A stretch of DNA of 64,000 bases from Candidatus Marsarchaeota G1 archaeon BE_D (GCA_003019595.1 NEXD01000002.1:13137-77136); one strand, 5' to 3'. Numbered from the stretch's first letter, positions 1 through 9,506 are shown. The notes: a model not told the origin generated them from the letters alone. Translations and numbers: made by a program.

Positions 1-295
1 ATAGCCTTTTTTATGACACTGAGCCATTTTACTAAAGCGCCAAAAATCGCCAAAACCACTTTTTCGTCTAAATTCTCTAATTGTGCCACGTGATCTATTG
101 GTGCCACAAGCAAATGACCTGAATTGTATGGGTAAAGATTCATCAAAACAATATGATGAACACCCTTTTCCAAAACATAGTGTTTTTTCTGATCAGTAGC
201 GGCGACAGCATCGCAAATAAAACATCCTTCTTCCTTTTTTCTTTAAACTTCTCTAAATATTCTATTCTCCAAGGAGCCCAAAGCCTTTGCACCAT
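1..295 (-). CDS. HIT family hydrolase (runs off window edge)
   Basis: Manual translation MVQRLWAPWRIEY...CFIC...NLYPYNSGHLLVAP; not in ORF track. Confidence 0.9.
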
Positions 296-298
296 CAA

Positions 299-670
299 TC
301 ACCTTTTTTGAAGACATTTTTTTCTTCCTGCTTTGTACAGTAATTCAAGTGTCTGGACATATTTTTGCCCTTCTTTTCTTCTTTTCAAAGAACGTATTAT
401 CCCTGTGAGCGTTCCTGATGTGACTAAAGAAAAAAGGTCGCCTATTTCACCAGTCAGCAAAACTGCGGCTCTTAATTGTGGTAAGTACAGATGATTAACC
501 CTTATCACCACCCAATTTTCGTGTTCTAAGATTGGTCTCACAGAAGCTTTGTTGTAGCACAACTTACCAAAAAACGCTTTGAAGGTGCTCGTAATCTGAG
601 TTGAAGTGATGTCGTTGTTCTTAACTACAAAAATGTAGCGCCTTTTTTCATACCTCAAAAAATAACTCAC
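299..670 (-). CDS. rnp2: RNase P protein Pop5/Rpp14
   Basis: KRRYI N-terminal motif, TSGTL C-terminal motif, context near rpl15e. Confidence 0.8.
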   Translation of the reverse strand: MSYFLRYEKRRYIFVVKNNDITSTQITSTFKAFFGKLCYNKASVRPILEHENWVVIRVNHLYLPQLRAAVLLTGEIGDLFSLVTSGTLTGIIRSLKRRKEGQKYVQTLELLYKAGRKKCLQKR

Positions 671-1187
671 CTAAGCGTAAAGAATTCGATCTGATAATAC
701 TGTCAACTGTGTTATAACTTTCGTCTATCAAGATTGACAACAACGCTATGCAATCACGAATTGCAGGCGGCGGATCTGTATCGGAGCTTAATATTACACG
801 ATAAAGGTTCTTCTTTATCTCATGATTGAACCATCGGTAGTAATTGGGATTTTGTGAACATTTTTTTAATGTTTTCGGTGTAATTTCTATCCAGCTATTC
901 CTATATGACTTGAATTTTTCAAAAGGATTTGCCCTTATAATCGTGATATCTTTGTAGCGTGCAATCATGTTTTTAGAGTCCCGTCTTTCCATTACACAAT
1001 CTTTAACATCGAAACTAGAAGTGCGCACCTTCCAACCGATGTTTAAAGCTTCCAAAATGGATTCTACGTTTTCTATTTGTTTAACTGAATCAATTTTTAC
1101 TAAACAAAACTTTAAATCATATAAATAAGGATTTAAATTCATTATTACTGATGAGGAAACACAGAAATCGGCATAACTCTTTTTCAA
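648..1187 (-). CDS. divergent RNase P protein Rpp30-like
   Basis: Position between DUF54 and Pop5; weak motifs (ADF, EI, ILSSD). Confidence 0.5.
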   Translation of the reverse strand: MKKSYADFCVSSSVIMNLNPYLYDLKFCLVKIDSVKQIENVESILEALNIGWKVRTSSFDVKDCVMERRDSKNMIARYKDITIIRANPFEKFKSYRNSWIEITPKTLKKCSQNPNYYRWFNHEIKKNLYRVILSSDTDPPPAIRDCIALLSILIDESYNTVDSIIRSNSLRLGELFFEV

Positions 1188-1621
1188 TTTGGTATTAAAC
1201 CTACCTTTGAAAGAATTGACTTTGGTGGAAGACCCTTAAAATAACCAGAAAAGCTCAGGATCACTTTTATAGCGTCTCCTCTATCGACCAGCTCTTTTTG
1301 TCCATAAAAAGCCTTAAATTTTGAAAACTTTAGAAAGATTCGAGAGCCTTCTGTTCGATTTTCTAAAGTGGATAATAAGTAATCCAAGTCGTGCGGGTTC
1401 ATACTTGCAATAAGCAATTGAGCTGATTTGGCTGCTTTATCGCCTTTTAGTGCTATTTTCATTACTTTTATTACATTGCCATAATGTCCCCTTAACACCT
1501 GTGTAATGGCAACCAACTGTAAGTCAGATGGAACGAATGACTTCAAACATTCGTACACTTTGGCCTCACTCTCAGTTGAGTGACATATCGCACTAACTTC
1601 GTATTGAGAAACTCTAATCAT
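1184..1621 (-). CDS. DUF54 family RNA-binding protein
   Basis: HSTESEAKV, GHYGN, GDAIKV motifs. Confidence 0.85.
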   Translation of the reverse strand: MIRVSQYEVSAICHSTESEAKVYECLKSFVPSDLQLVAITQVLRGHYGNVIKVMKIALKGDKAAKSAQLLIASMNPHDLDYLLSTLENRTEGSRIFLKFSKFKAFYGQKELVDRGDAIKVILSFSGYFKGLPPKSILSKVGLIPN

Positions 1622-1729
1622 CCAATTTTTTTATGTTTTTGAGACAAATAAATTCTCCGAAAGGCCTGCCCAAGCATTAAATCAACGTAAAAGATATAGG
1701 TTATTACGAATCTTTTTGAGAGTTGAATT

Positions 1730-2155
1730 ATGACATCAATAACTCGTTTAAAGGCAACGGTATGGAAAAAAATGGTGTGTGAAGAAGATCCTATTTTTGT
1801 TAAGCGCTATCGTGAACGAATGATACAGTGGAGGAGGGAACCAACTGTTCATCGAATCGATAAACCTACAAGAATTGAAAGGGCACGCGCTCTTGGGTAC
1901 CGTGAAAACAAAATGTCAATCGTCGTAAGAGTCAGAATAAGAAAGGGAAACCCATTTCACACGAGACCACGTTCTGGTAGAAGACCAAAAAGAATGGGTG
2001 TGAAAAAGCTCACATATGCTATAAGTGACAAAAAAATTGCTGAACAAAGAGCTCAAAGAAAGTTTACCAATATGAAAGTAATGGGAAGCTATTTGGTAGG
2101 CGAAGATGGTCAATACAAATGGTACGAGGTAATTTTAGTAAGAGAAAAGCAATAG
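1730..2155 (+). CDS. rpl15e: ribosomal protein eL15, C-terminally shortened
   Basis: PTRIERARALGY, GRRPKRMG, GEDGQYKWYEVILV. Confidence 0.95.
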   Translation: MTSITRLKATVWKKMVCEEDPIFVKRYRERMIQWRREPTVHRIDKPTRIERARALGYRENKMSIVVRVRIRKGNPFHTRPRSGRRPKRMGVKKLTYAISDKKIAEQRAQRKFTNMKVMGSYLVGEDGQYKWYEVILVREKQ

Positions 2156-2220
2156 GACGTCAGGCTGGGACGGCGATATCACAGGCTACCCTCAAATCGT
2201 CGCGAGCACATCATTCGCCC
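2155..2220 (-). ncRNA. box C/D methylation guide sRNA
   Basis: Terminal stem GGGCG/CGUCC; C box AUGAUG; D' UUGA; C'-like UGUGAUA; D CUGA; two 13-nt guides complementary to conserved 23S rRNA segments. Confidence 0.85.
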
Positions 2221-2279
2221 ATTTCGATAATGGTTTAACAAATAAAAAAGTCTAACCATTTCCTAATGGTGGAACTAGT

Positions 2280-3461
2280 TTGTTAATAGGAATTGTCGGA
2301 AAAACTAATGTAGGAAAATCGACTTTCTTTTCGGCGGCCACGCTTATAGATGTGGAAATAGCAAACAGACCATTTAAAACGATTAAACCAAATCGTGGTA
2401 TTGCTTACGTGAGAACAAAGTGTGTTTGTTCAGAATTAAATGTAAAAGACAAAGTGTGTCACGATGGGATAAGATTTCTACCGGTTGAGCTTTTAGATGT
2501 TGCAGGCCTTGTTCCAGGTGCTCATCTTGGAAGAGGGTTGGGAAACAAGTTCTTGGACGATCTGAGGCAGGCCGATGTTTTTATTCATGTGGTCGACGCA
2601 AGTGGAAGCACGGACGAAGAAGGAAGACCAGTTCAAGCGGGAACAAGGGATCCAATCGAAGACGTGAAGTTTTTAGAAAAAGAACTTGATGAATGGATTG
2701 TTGGACTCTTAAGCAAAGATTGGGAAAAAACTATAAGAGTAGTTGAGCAAGGATCGACAGACATTGTGATGTCACTTTATGAAAAACTATCCGGTTTAGG
2801 TTTTACAAAGCAGTTGATCGAAAAAACTTTAGTGGAACAAGGTCTTTGGAGAAAAAGACCATCGACGTGGACAAAAGACGAGATTAGAACGTTTGTTACA
2901 CGATTAAGAAAAATTGGCAAACCAAGTGTGATAGCCGCTAATAAGGCCGACATTCCGCCTGCTATTGAAAATATAGAGCGGATGCGAAAAACACTTTCTA
3001 TACCGGTTATACCAACAATCGCTGAAGCTGAGCTAGCACTCAGAAAAGCTTCAAAAAAAGGTATAATAAAATACTTACCAGGAGACACAACTTTCGAGAT
3101 GCTTAGCGACAAGATTCCACAAAACCTTAAGGAAGCGCTAGAAAGACTTTCCTTTTTACTGAAAAAATTTCAGGGTACTGGTGTTCAGCAAGCACTAGAA
3201 ACTGCTGTCTTTCATTCATATGATGGGATAGTTGTATATCCAGTAGAAGACATAAACAACTATTCAGACAAAAATGGTAATGTTTTGCCCGATGCGTTTA
3301 TTCTAAAGAAAGGTTCAAAACCTATTGATTTGGCAAGGAAGATTCACACAGATTTGGCAAAGGGTTATTTGTATGCAATAGATGCAAAAACCAAACAAAG
3401 ACTTAGTTCGGACTACGAATTAAGAAATGGCGATGTCATAAAGATTGTGGCAACTGCCTAA
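2280..3461 (+). CDS. ychF: YchF/Ola1 family Obg-like NTPase
   Basis: GKTNVGKST, DVAGLV, GLGNKFL, NKAD, C-terminal TGS domain. Confidence 0.95.
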   Translation: MLIGIVGKTNVGKSTFFSAATLIDVEIANRPFKTIKPNRGIAYVRTKCVCSELNVKDKVCHDGIRFLPVELLDVAGLVPGAHLGRGLGNKFLDDLRQADVFIHVVDASGSTDEEGRPVQAGTRDPIEDVKFLEKELDEWIVGLLSKDWEKTIRVVEQGSTDIVMSLYEKLSGLGFTKQLIEKTLVEQGLWRKRPSTWTKDEIRTFVTRLRKIGKPSVIAANKADIPPAIENIERMRKTLSIPVIPTIAEAELALRKASKKGIIKYLPGDTTFEMLSDKIPQNLKEALERLSFLLKKFQGTGVQQALETAVFHSYDGIVVYPVEDINNYSDKNGNVLPDAFILKKGSKPIDLARKIHTDLAKGYLYAIDAKTKQRLSSDYELRNGDVIKIVATA

Positions 3462-4684
3462 AAACATTTGTACACTTCTTCGTCTTGTATGTTTTTTGAA
3501 ACAACGCACCCAGGATAAACTTTCACATCGCGACCAATTACAATACCTGGATTAATACTTACATTTACGCCGATTTTCGCTCTAGGTCCAATGAAGCAAC
3601 CAAGTTTAGAAAAACCGCTATCGAACATTTTCCCTGATAATTCCACTTTAACGCTTTTTTCATCGAACCTTAAGTTTGCTGCAATTGTTCCTGCTCCTAT
3701 GTTAACATCTTCCGATATCACACTATCACCAATATAGGATAGGTGGGAAATTTTCGTTCGAGAGTATATTACAGACGCTTTTATTTCGCAACCATTTCCA
3801 ATACGACACTCGTTATCAATATAACTATACGCTCGTAAATAGCTATTTGGTCCTATTGTAACGTTGTTACCGATCCATACAGGTCCTTCGATATAACTCC
3901 CGCTTTTGATCAAACTGCCCTTACCCACATGAACTTTGCCTTTAATCGTCACGTTTTTTTCTATATCACCTTCAATTTTTTGTTCATAAAAGTTGTCTTG
4001 AAAGAACTTATTTACGATTAAGACGTCCCAAGGATATGTAAGGTCTAACCAAGTGGATTTATCAAATTTGACTACTAATATCTTTTCATTTTTCGCGGCC
4101 TCATTTAAAGCGTCCGTTACTTCTAATTCGCCGCGAATAGAAGGTTTAACGCCTTTTAGGAATTTTAGAAAATCTGGTTCAACAAGTAGTACGCCCGCAA
4201 AAACAAGATTTGTTCTTGGTCGCTGGGGTTTTTCGACTATTCTTTTTAAGATGTAAGAGTGGCCAAGTTCTACTACACCATAAGAAGAAGGATTCGATAC
4301 TTCTACGGCACCAATTGTCGCTATGTATGAATGCTTATGGGCTTCAATAAGTTTTTTAATGGAAGGGTGCAGGATTAAGTTGTCTCCGTACTGAATCAAC
4401 GTTCTTTCTCCTGTGTTCTCCAAAATTCTTCTTATGGCATCAGCCGTGCCTAATGGTTTCGGCTGTTCAACTATGTGTATCTTTTTACCTAAAGCCCTTA
4501 AATATAATTCACGAAACTTTGGATTTATTAAAATCGTTTGAGAAGTGACGCCTACTTTATTTTGTTCAGTGAGTTGATGCTCACAAAATGGTTTACCAAG
4601 AAAACGTAGCAAAGGTTTTGGGGTTAGAGCTGTTATTGGATAAAGGCGTGTGCCTAAACCGGCTGCTAGTATAGCACCCCACAA
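3458..4684 (-). CDS. GlmU-like sugar-1-phosphate nucleotidylyltransferase/acetyltransferase
   Basis: LAAGLGTRL..PKPL plus hexapeptide repeats, HLSYIGDS. Confidence 0.9.
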   Translation of the reverse strand: MWGAILAAGLGTRLYPITALTPKPLLRFLGKPFCEHQLTEQNKVGVTSQTILINPKFRELYLRALGKKIHIVEQPKPLGTADAIRRILENTGERTLIQYGDNLILHPSIKKLIEAHKHSYIATIGAVEVSNPSSYGVVELGHSYILKRIVEKPQRPRTNLVFAGVLLVEPDFLKFLKGVKPSIRGELEVTDALNEAAKNEKILVVKFDKSTWLDLTYPWDVLIVNKFFQDNFYEQKIEGDIEKNVTIKGKVHVGKGSLIKSGSYIEGPVWIGNNVTIGPNSYLRAYSYIDNECRIGNGCEIKASVIYSRTKISHLSYIGDSVISEDVNIGAGTIAANLRFDEKSVKVELSGKMFDSGFSKLGCFIGPRAKIGVNVSINPGIVIGRDVKVYPGCVVSKNIQDEEVYKCF

Positions 4685-4693
4685 AAAAGTCCC

Positions 4694-5290
4694 CTACTTA
4701 GCTTCTACATTTTGCGGAGCTTCGACGATATGTGTTGGCGGCCTTAGCACTTTCACCTTTCTCACTTCTAATGTGCTAATGTTCGCTATTTTTCTTGCTG
4801 CGGCAAAAATTTCTGAAGTCATTTTCCCAAAAACGAGCTCTTGTGTAAATTGGTCGAAAAGCAGATTTGTAGCTTTGTTTATAAGAATTTCTCCAGCCAC
4901 TTTCCTTATTGCTGTCCTTTTAGATCTGTGTAATCTTCCTTTGCTTATTGCCACAATAAAGATGCGTAAGTGAGCATCGTCTTTCGTAAATACATCTGTT
5001 ATGACTTCGGTTTTTGTAGTCCCACGTCTTGCCATTCCTCTGACAAACTCTCTTGCAAGTTCTAACTGGTCAAATCTTGTTTTTGCTGTGTTATCAGTCA
5101 CTTCTATTATTCTGAACTTAACAAATACATGCGCTTGTCTTATATCACCTGTTATGTCTGAAAGCGAGACAGTTACACGCCTATTCAAAACAGCTTCGGG
5201 TGAAGATGCCAAAATTTTTGGCAAAGGAGCTTGATTAAAGTTGGGTGGCGCACTAACTGATATCCATACTTTTTGAACTTTAGAAGACAT
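4694..5290 (-). CDS. rps3ae: ribosomal protein eS1 (S3Ae)
   Basis: LSDITGD, EVRKVKVL motifs. Confidence 0.95.
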   Translation of the reverse strand: MSSKVQKVWISVSAPPNFNQAPLPKILASSPEAVLNRRVTVSLSDITGDIRQAHVFVKFRIIEVTDNTAKTRFDQLELAREFVRGMARRGTTKTEVITDVFTKDDAHLRIFIVAISKGRLHRSKRTAIRKVAGEILINKATNLLFDQFTQELVFGKMTSEIFAAARKIANISTLEVRKVKVLRPPTHIVEAPQNVEAK

Positions 5291-5431
5291 TTTAAAAGTA
5301 AATCAACTCTCCTAATTATAAGCGTTTTACTTAATTACATCCTACTCATCTTTTGGATAAGGTTTCTTTTATAGTAGCTCTTTGATTTATGTACTTATAA
5401 GGCGCCCATTTGTTCAGCAAAGCTAATACCA

Positions 5432-5502
5432 GTGAGCCACTACGTCCTAAAAGGCGAAGTTTCCTGGACCATCGCCACACCTTACGTCCACTTTAGTCCA
5501 GG
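5432..5502 (-). mobile_element. possible IS200/IS605 right-end remnant
   Basis: Minus strand GAAACTTCGCCTTTTAGGACGTAGTGGCTCAC: imperfect hairpin ending in TCAC, preceded by a CCTGGAC/GTCCAGG stem; no transposase nearby. Confidence 0.4.
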
Positions 5503-5565
5503 GTAGAGAACAGTTTCAAACTACTCAATGGTGACCCACAACAGACGATAAAAAAATTCAATGTT

Positions 5566-5614
5566 TAAAACTTGTCAATTATACCACAAATGCGAGAGAT
5601 GTTGTGGGTGGAGA
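5566..5614. repeat. 49-bp direct repeat, copy 1
   Basis: TAAAACTTGTCAATTATACCACAAATGCGAGAGATGTTGTGGGTGGAGA identical to 7771-7819. Confidence 0.95.
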
Positions 5615-5623
5615 GTAAAAAGC

Positions 5624-5872
5624 TCACTCTTTGTCAACCAAAATCTTCAAACACAACTGAAGATCTTCTAAAAATGAATCTATTGTCGAACGAAAGGTTT
5701 TTGAAGACCGAGATGAACATTGCACTATTAGCAGCGTATCACAAACCTTTTGTTCAAATGTTGTGCCGGGAGGCAAATCTTTTACGTCGACAAGTAGAAT
5801 TTTGTTTACTTTACTAGCAAGAATCCTATCATTGAAAAACATTTTCAGGTTTAAATGCCATTTTGCCTCCAT
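5624..5872 (-). CDS. pcc1: KEOPS subunit Pcc1
   Basis: 82 aa, FRSTIDSFL motif, rps15-DHH-pcc1-rps3ae context. Confidence 0.8.
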   Translation of the reverse strand: MEAKWHLNLKMFFNDRILASKVNKILLVDVKDLPPGTTFEQKVCDTLLIVQCSSRSSKTFRSTIDSFLEDLQLCLKILVDKE

Positions 5873-5882
5873 TAAAACACAC

Positions 5883-7244
5883 CTAAGTTGGGCTTCCTAA
5901 TTGTACATCAACTTCATCAAAAAACTCTTCGACGTTTTGTGTAGGAATCACCGCTTCTGCCAAATATGGCAGACCCTTGCCTATTCCTCTATACTTTTTC
6001 GCAAGACTATAAAAAATTCGTCCCAAATCATATTGGGTGTCCATAAAGAGGCTTGCGGCCGCAATATAAGATTTTGAACCAATATGGTCAACAACAAGAA
6101 CTGGTTTTTCGCGCGCAGACGAGTGTTGTGCTAATGTTTTGGCAACTCTAAGAGCAATTTCTTTGCTCACGCCTTTTGGACTCAACACATAAAGAGCGTT
6201 CTGTGTTTCTCTCACATATTCTTGCGTCTGAAGAATTTGAATTACGGCGTTTGCCACTTGTGTAACATAAGAGTCAAGAACGTCAAGAACGTCAGAGTAA
6301 ATCTTTTTGTCGTCTATAAGTGCCAATTTGTATATCAAAGAATATTCACCTTTATTCACGCAAGCTTCAAGACAAAAAGTGGTTCCTATTAGATTACGAA
6401 TTGGAGTTTCTAAAGGCAAAGCGGGCGAAATATAATTTGTTCCTATAAATTTTTCTGGCAATTCTTTAAAACCGCTTTCCGACCTTAAACGTGATATTTC
6501 GTCTCTTATAGCTCTAGCTTCTTCACCTGTAAAAATGCCATTCGTTTTTTTAATTAGGCCTCCTTGTGAAAGCTTTTTCACAAGCTTTTGGGCCCCTCTT
6601 TTGTCGCCAGTAACACCAGGTATATAGGGTTCTAATGTCAAAAATAAAGACGTAGAAAGGTCAACTCCTTCTGCTAGAGGAATTTTAGGACTATTAATGC
6701 TTGCCAGATTTCCCTTTGAAACAAACGAATCCAGCATTTCCTTGTTTAGACCAACTAACACATCAGCATCATACACACTTTGTGAAGTAATACTTGCAGC
6801 AACAAGCAAAGGAGCAAGTCTTTGTGTTATCTCAAATTCATCCTTAATTATCATATAGGTCAAACATGCAGTCGAGCCTATAAGAGCGCCATTCAAACCA
6901 AATTTATAAGGATTTATCTTTTCAGAGAAAATGCAATTACATGACGAATTATGAGAAATTTCGAAAACGCTTTCTATAAGAAAATTCTGTGGTATGCAAC
7001 CAAAATTCACCTTTTGACCAACGTATTTATTGAGTTCAATTTCGGTAAAAAGTGGGTTAACAAAATGAGCTGCAAAAGGGATGTTTCTTTTTATCAGAAA
7101 AGCGCTCAAAAGTAATGATGCAATTACAGTGTCAGGCGTGCTTTCCGAAAAAAGATGGATATAATTGTCACTTAAAATGAAAGATTCAATCCTTTTTTTT
7201 GCTCTTTCGATTTCGTTCAACAAAGCTTCGTTCGCGATCGACAT
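5883..7244 (-). CDS. RecJ/DHH family protein, Cdc45/GAN-like, degenerate active site
   Basis: INPYKFGLNG...GST motif; conserved location after rps15; DxD and DHH motifs replaced. Confidence 0.75.
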   Translation of the reverse strand: MSIANEALLNEIERAKKRIESFILSDNYIHLFSESTPDTVIASLLLSAFLIKRNIPFAAHFVNPLFTEIELNKYVGQKVNFGCIPQNFLIESVFEISHNSSCNCIFSEKINPYKFGLNGALIGSTACLTYMIIKDEFEITQRLAPLLVAASITSQSVYDADVLVGLNKEMLDSFVSKGNLASINSPKIPLAEGVDLSTSLFLTLEPYIPGVTGDKRGAQKLVKKLSQGGLIKKTNGIFTGEEARAIRDEISRLRSESGFKELPEKFIGTNYISPALPLETPIRNLIGTTFCLEACVNKGEYSLIYKLALIDDKKIYSDVLDVLDSYVTQVANAVIQILQTQEYVRETQNALYVLSPKGVSKEIALRVAKTLAQHSSAREKPVLVVDHIGSKSYIAAASLFMDTQYDLGRIFYSLAKKYRGIGKGLPYLAEAVIPTQNVEEFFDEVDVQLGSPT

Positions 7245-7280
7245 TAAAGATTATAAAGCAAGGTTTAGTAAAAATCTTTA

Positions 7281-7730
7281 TCAGATAAATGAGGCTGCGC
7301 GTGGCTTATATTTCCAATCTGGTGGCAAAATTCCCTTTCTCTTGTAGTATTTTACTAACCTGTGTATCTTTGATTCTGTTATTTCTAAACCCCTAAGCGA
7401 AGCCTTATCTTTGGGATGCTGTTCCAAATGTTTAATTGTTCTTTCAGCATGAGCGATTAAAGCCTCTAAATCATCGGGTATTCTTTTTTCAATACCGTGG
7501 TCTTTTAAAACTTGTGAAATTGATTTGCCCAAAATGGGCTTGACAAGCGGTATACCTTCTTGGTCTCTTAAGATCTGCCCGATCATCGCTTGTGAATATC
7601 CTTTCTTTGCTAATTCTACAATCATCTTTTCTATGACTTCGGGTTGAACATTAATCCAACTCGGTGCTTCTGGATTAGCAGGACGTTTTGAGTGCGATTT
7701 GCCTTTAGCGGTTTTTTTACGCATAAGCAA
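7281..7730 (-). CDS. rps15: ribosomal protein uS15
   Basis: GKSHSKRP, IGQILRD, ESKIHRLVKYYK. Confidence 0.97.
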   Translation of the reverse strand: MLMRKKTAKGKSHSKRPANPEAPSWINVQPEVIEKMIVELAKKGYSQAMIGQILRDQEGIPLVKPILGKSISQVLKDHGIEKRIPDDLEALIAHAERTIKHLEQHPKDKASLRGLEITESKIHRLVKYYKRKGILPPDWKYKPRAASFI

Positions 7731-7770
7731 CCATCTAATTCACTTTAGATTGCTATATTTAAGCTTGTGG

Positions 7771-7819
7771 TAAAACTTGTCAATTATACCACAAATGCGA
7801 GAGATGTTGTGGGTGGAGA
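7771..7819. repeat. 49-bp direct repeat, copy 2
   Basis: Identical to 5566-5614. Confidence 0.95.
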
Positions 7820-8036
7820 AAGAACAGCTTTTCCGCGCTTTAGAAGCACTTGAGCTTCTTAACTCGGAAAAAGATGACGCATAAAGCTTCAGCCTTGTTG
7901 TTTTTGGTTTTTCCTTATTTTGGATCATTCCAAGGGTTCTTCTTTCAAAATTCCAAAGCGACTTGTCTTAATTCGTTACCCAATGGGTTTTTCGTACTAT
8001 TTTTCAGCGGATGAGTTTTCAACGTGTAGTGTTTTT

Positions 8037-8241
8037 TTAAGAGTGCGCTAGGTAGCTATCGGCTTTCACGAGAATGGCAATCTCTAGTACTTCGGGATCT
8101 CACCTTCGGGGGCAATATTTTGAAAAGTTATAGCATAATTTGATTAATGTTCGACGCATCTTGTCAAACTGAGCATGTAAAACATTAGCGATTAAGAGCG
8201 CTTATCATAGTAGATTGTGTCTTAATAACAAATTTACACAC
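8037..8241 (-). pseudogene. possible decayed PIN-domain (VapC-like) gene
   Basis: Fragments KFVIKTQSTMISAL and DPEVLEIAILVKADSYL resemble PIN N- and C-terminal motifs; interrupted by stops. Confidence 0.3.
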
Positions 8242-8269
8242 TTGAAGACACTCTTTGAAAGTCAAATAA

Positions 8270-8872
8270 TTATGACGGCTTAATTTTGAACGTTGAGCTG
8301 TACCATTTTGCAAACTTAGTGAACGCTTTGGCACGATGAGAGTATTTGTTTTTTTCTGTTTTATTCATTTCCCCAAACGTTTTGTTTGACGCGTGTTTTG
8401 GAGTAAAAATTGGATCGAATCCAAAGCCCTTATTTCCCTTACATTCTGTCGCTATCTCTCCTTGCACCGTTCCAGAAAAAGTTTTTAAGAAAGTTCCATC
8501 AAAAAAAGTAACTACAGACTTAAAGATGGCATTTCTTTGTGTTATATCATCTAAAAGTTTAAGCAGACCATGAACGCCTATCGTGCGGAAGATGTATGAA
8601 GAATAAGGTCCAGGAAATCCCCTTAATGCAAAAACAAAGAGTCCAGCATCTTCTGTGATCACAGGTTTTCTTAACATTTGATAACCATGAATTGCGCTAT
8701 AAATCGAAATTTCTTCCAAGCTTTCTGACTGTATTTCTAGCCTCTCTAGCATTCCCATTCTTTTTAGTCTTATCCCAAATCTGTTTAACACAGACTGCGC
8801 CTCGCGAAATTTGTTGACGTTACTTGTTAAAAAAATAATCTCATTGCGAACGTGATCTTCTTTGTTCGACAT
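8270..8872 (-). CDS. rdgB: non-canonical purine NTP pyrophosphatase (RdgB/Ham1)
   Basis: TSNVNK, EDAGL, GFPGPYS, GFGFDPIF, SHRAKA. Confidence 0.96.
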   Translation of the reverse strand: MSNKEDHVRNEIIFLTSNVNKFREAQSVLNRFGIRLKRMGMLERLEIQSESLEEISIYSAIHGYQMLRKPVITEDAGLFVFALRGFPGPYSSYIFRTIGVHGLLKLLDDITQRNAIFKSVVTFFDGTFLKTFSGTVQGEIATECKGNKGFGFDPIFTPKHASNKTFGEMNKTEKNKYSHRAKAFTKFAKWYSSTFKIKPS

Positions 8873-9506
8873 ATCTACCCCTCAATCTAAGTTGCCTCAT
8901 TCTTTCAAACACTCTTTTTGTATACTCATGTCCCATTTCTTCTTGATATCCTCTAAAAAACTCGTTAAGAACTTCTCTGTGAATACTTGGTCTTAATGAT
9001 TCTATAACTTTTAGAAAGAGATTGATGTCAACCGCTTCAGCTTCTAGGTCGTAACTGAATTCCCCAAGTCCAAAATCCATTATGAAGACCTCATCTTCTT
9101 TTACTATAAAATTTGATGGCGTGGGGTCGCCGTGAATAATGCCATTTGTATGCAATCTTCCCAAACTGGACCCCACTTGGAAGGCGTGCTTTAAAAATTC
9201 ACTATCTGGTAGATCAGAAAGTCTTAAGCCTTTGACGTATTCCATAAGTATCGCTGCATGTGTTTTACTCACAGCATAAACAGCAGGAACTTTTACATCA
9301 AAAAGGCACGCTTTCACAAGAAGCTTTGCTTCAAGAATTGTTCGTCTTTTCCGTATAATATTATCAAGTTCTGTATTCCTATACGATTTAACCTTTCTTA
9401 TCTTCATCACACATTTTTCTCCAAAAAAGTCCACTATGTATAGCGTTGCTTCTGCACCAGAGCTCAAAACTTGTAAAGGTGTCAAACCGAGAAGCTTGTT
9501 CTCCAT
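8841..9506 (-). CDS. bud32: KEOPS kinase Bud32
   Basis: GAEA, HGDPTPSN, DFGLG, RGRY. Confidence 0.95.
   Translation of the reverse strand: MENKLLGLTPLQVLSSGAEATLYIVDFFGEKCVMKIRKVKSYRNTELDNIIRKRRTILEAKLLVKACLFDVKVPAVYAVSKTHAAILMEYVKGLRLSDLPDSEFLKHAFQVGSSLGRLHTNGIIHGDPTPSNFIVKEDEVFIMDFGLGEFSYDLEAEAVDINLFLKVIESLRPSIHREVLNEFFRGYQEEMGHEYTKRVFERMRQLRLRGRYVEQRRSRSQ

Noticed and set aside
2153..2230. Stop-codon readthrough extending eL15
   Set aside because: Downstream peptide lacks eL15 motifs; region is explained by the antisense C/D sRNA
5572..5817. 81-aa plus-strand ORF starting in repeat copy 1
   Set aside because: Mostly antisense to pcc1; no recognisable family
5566..7819. CRISPR array
   Set aside because: Only two copies 2.2 kb apart, with core genes between them and no cas genes
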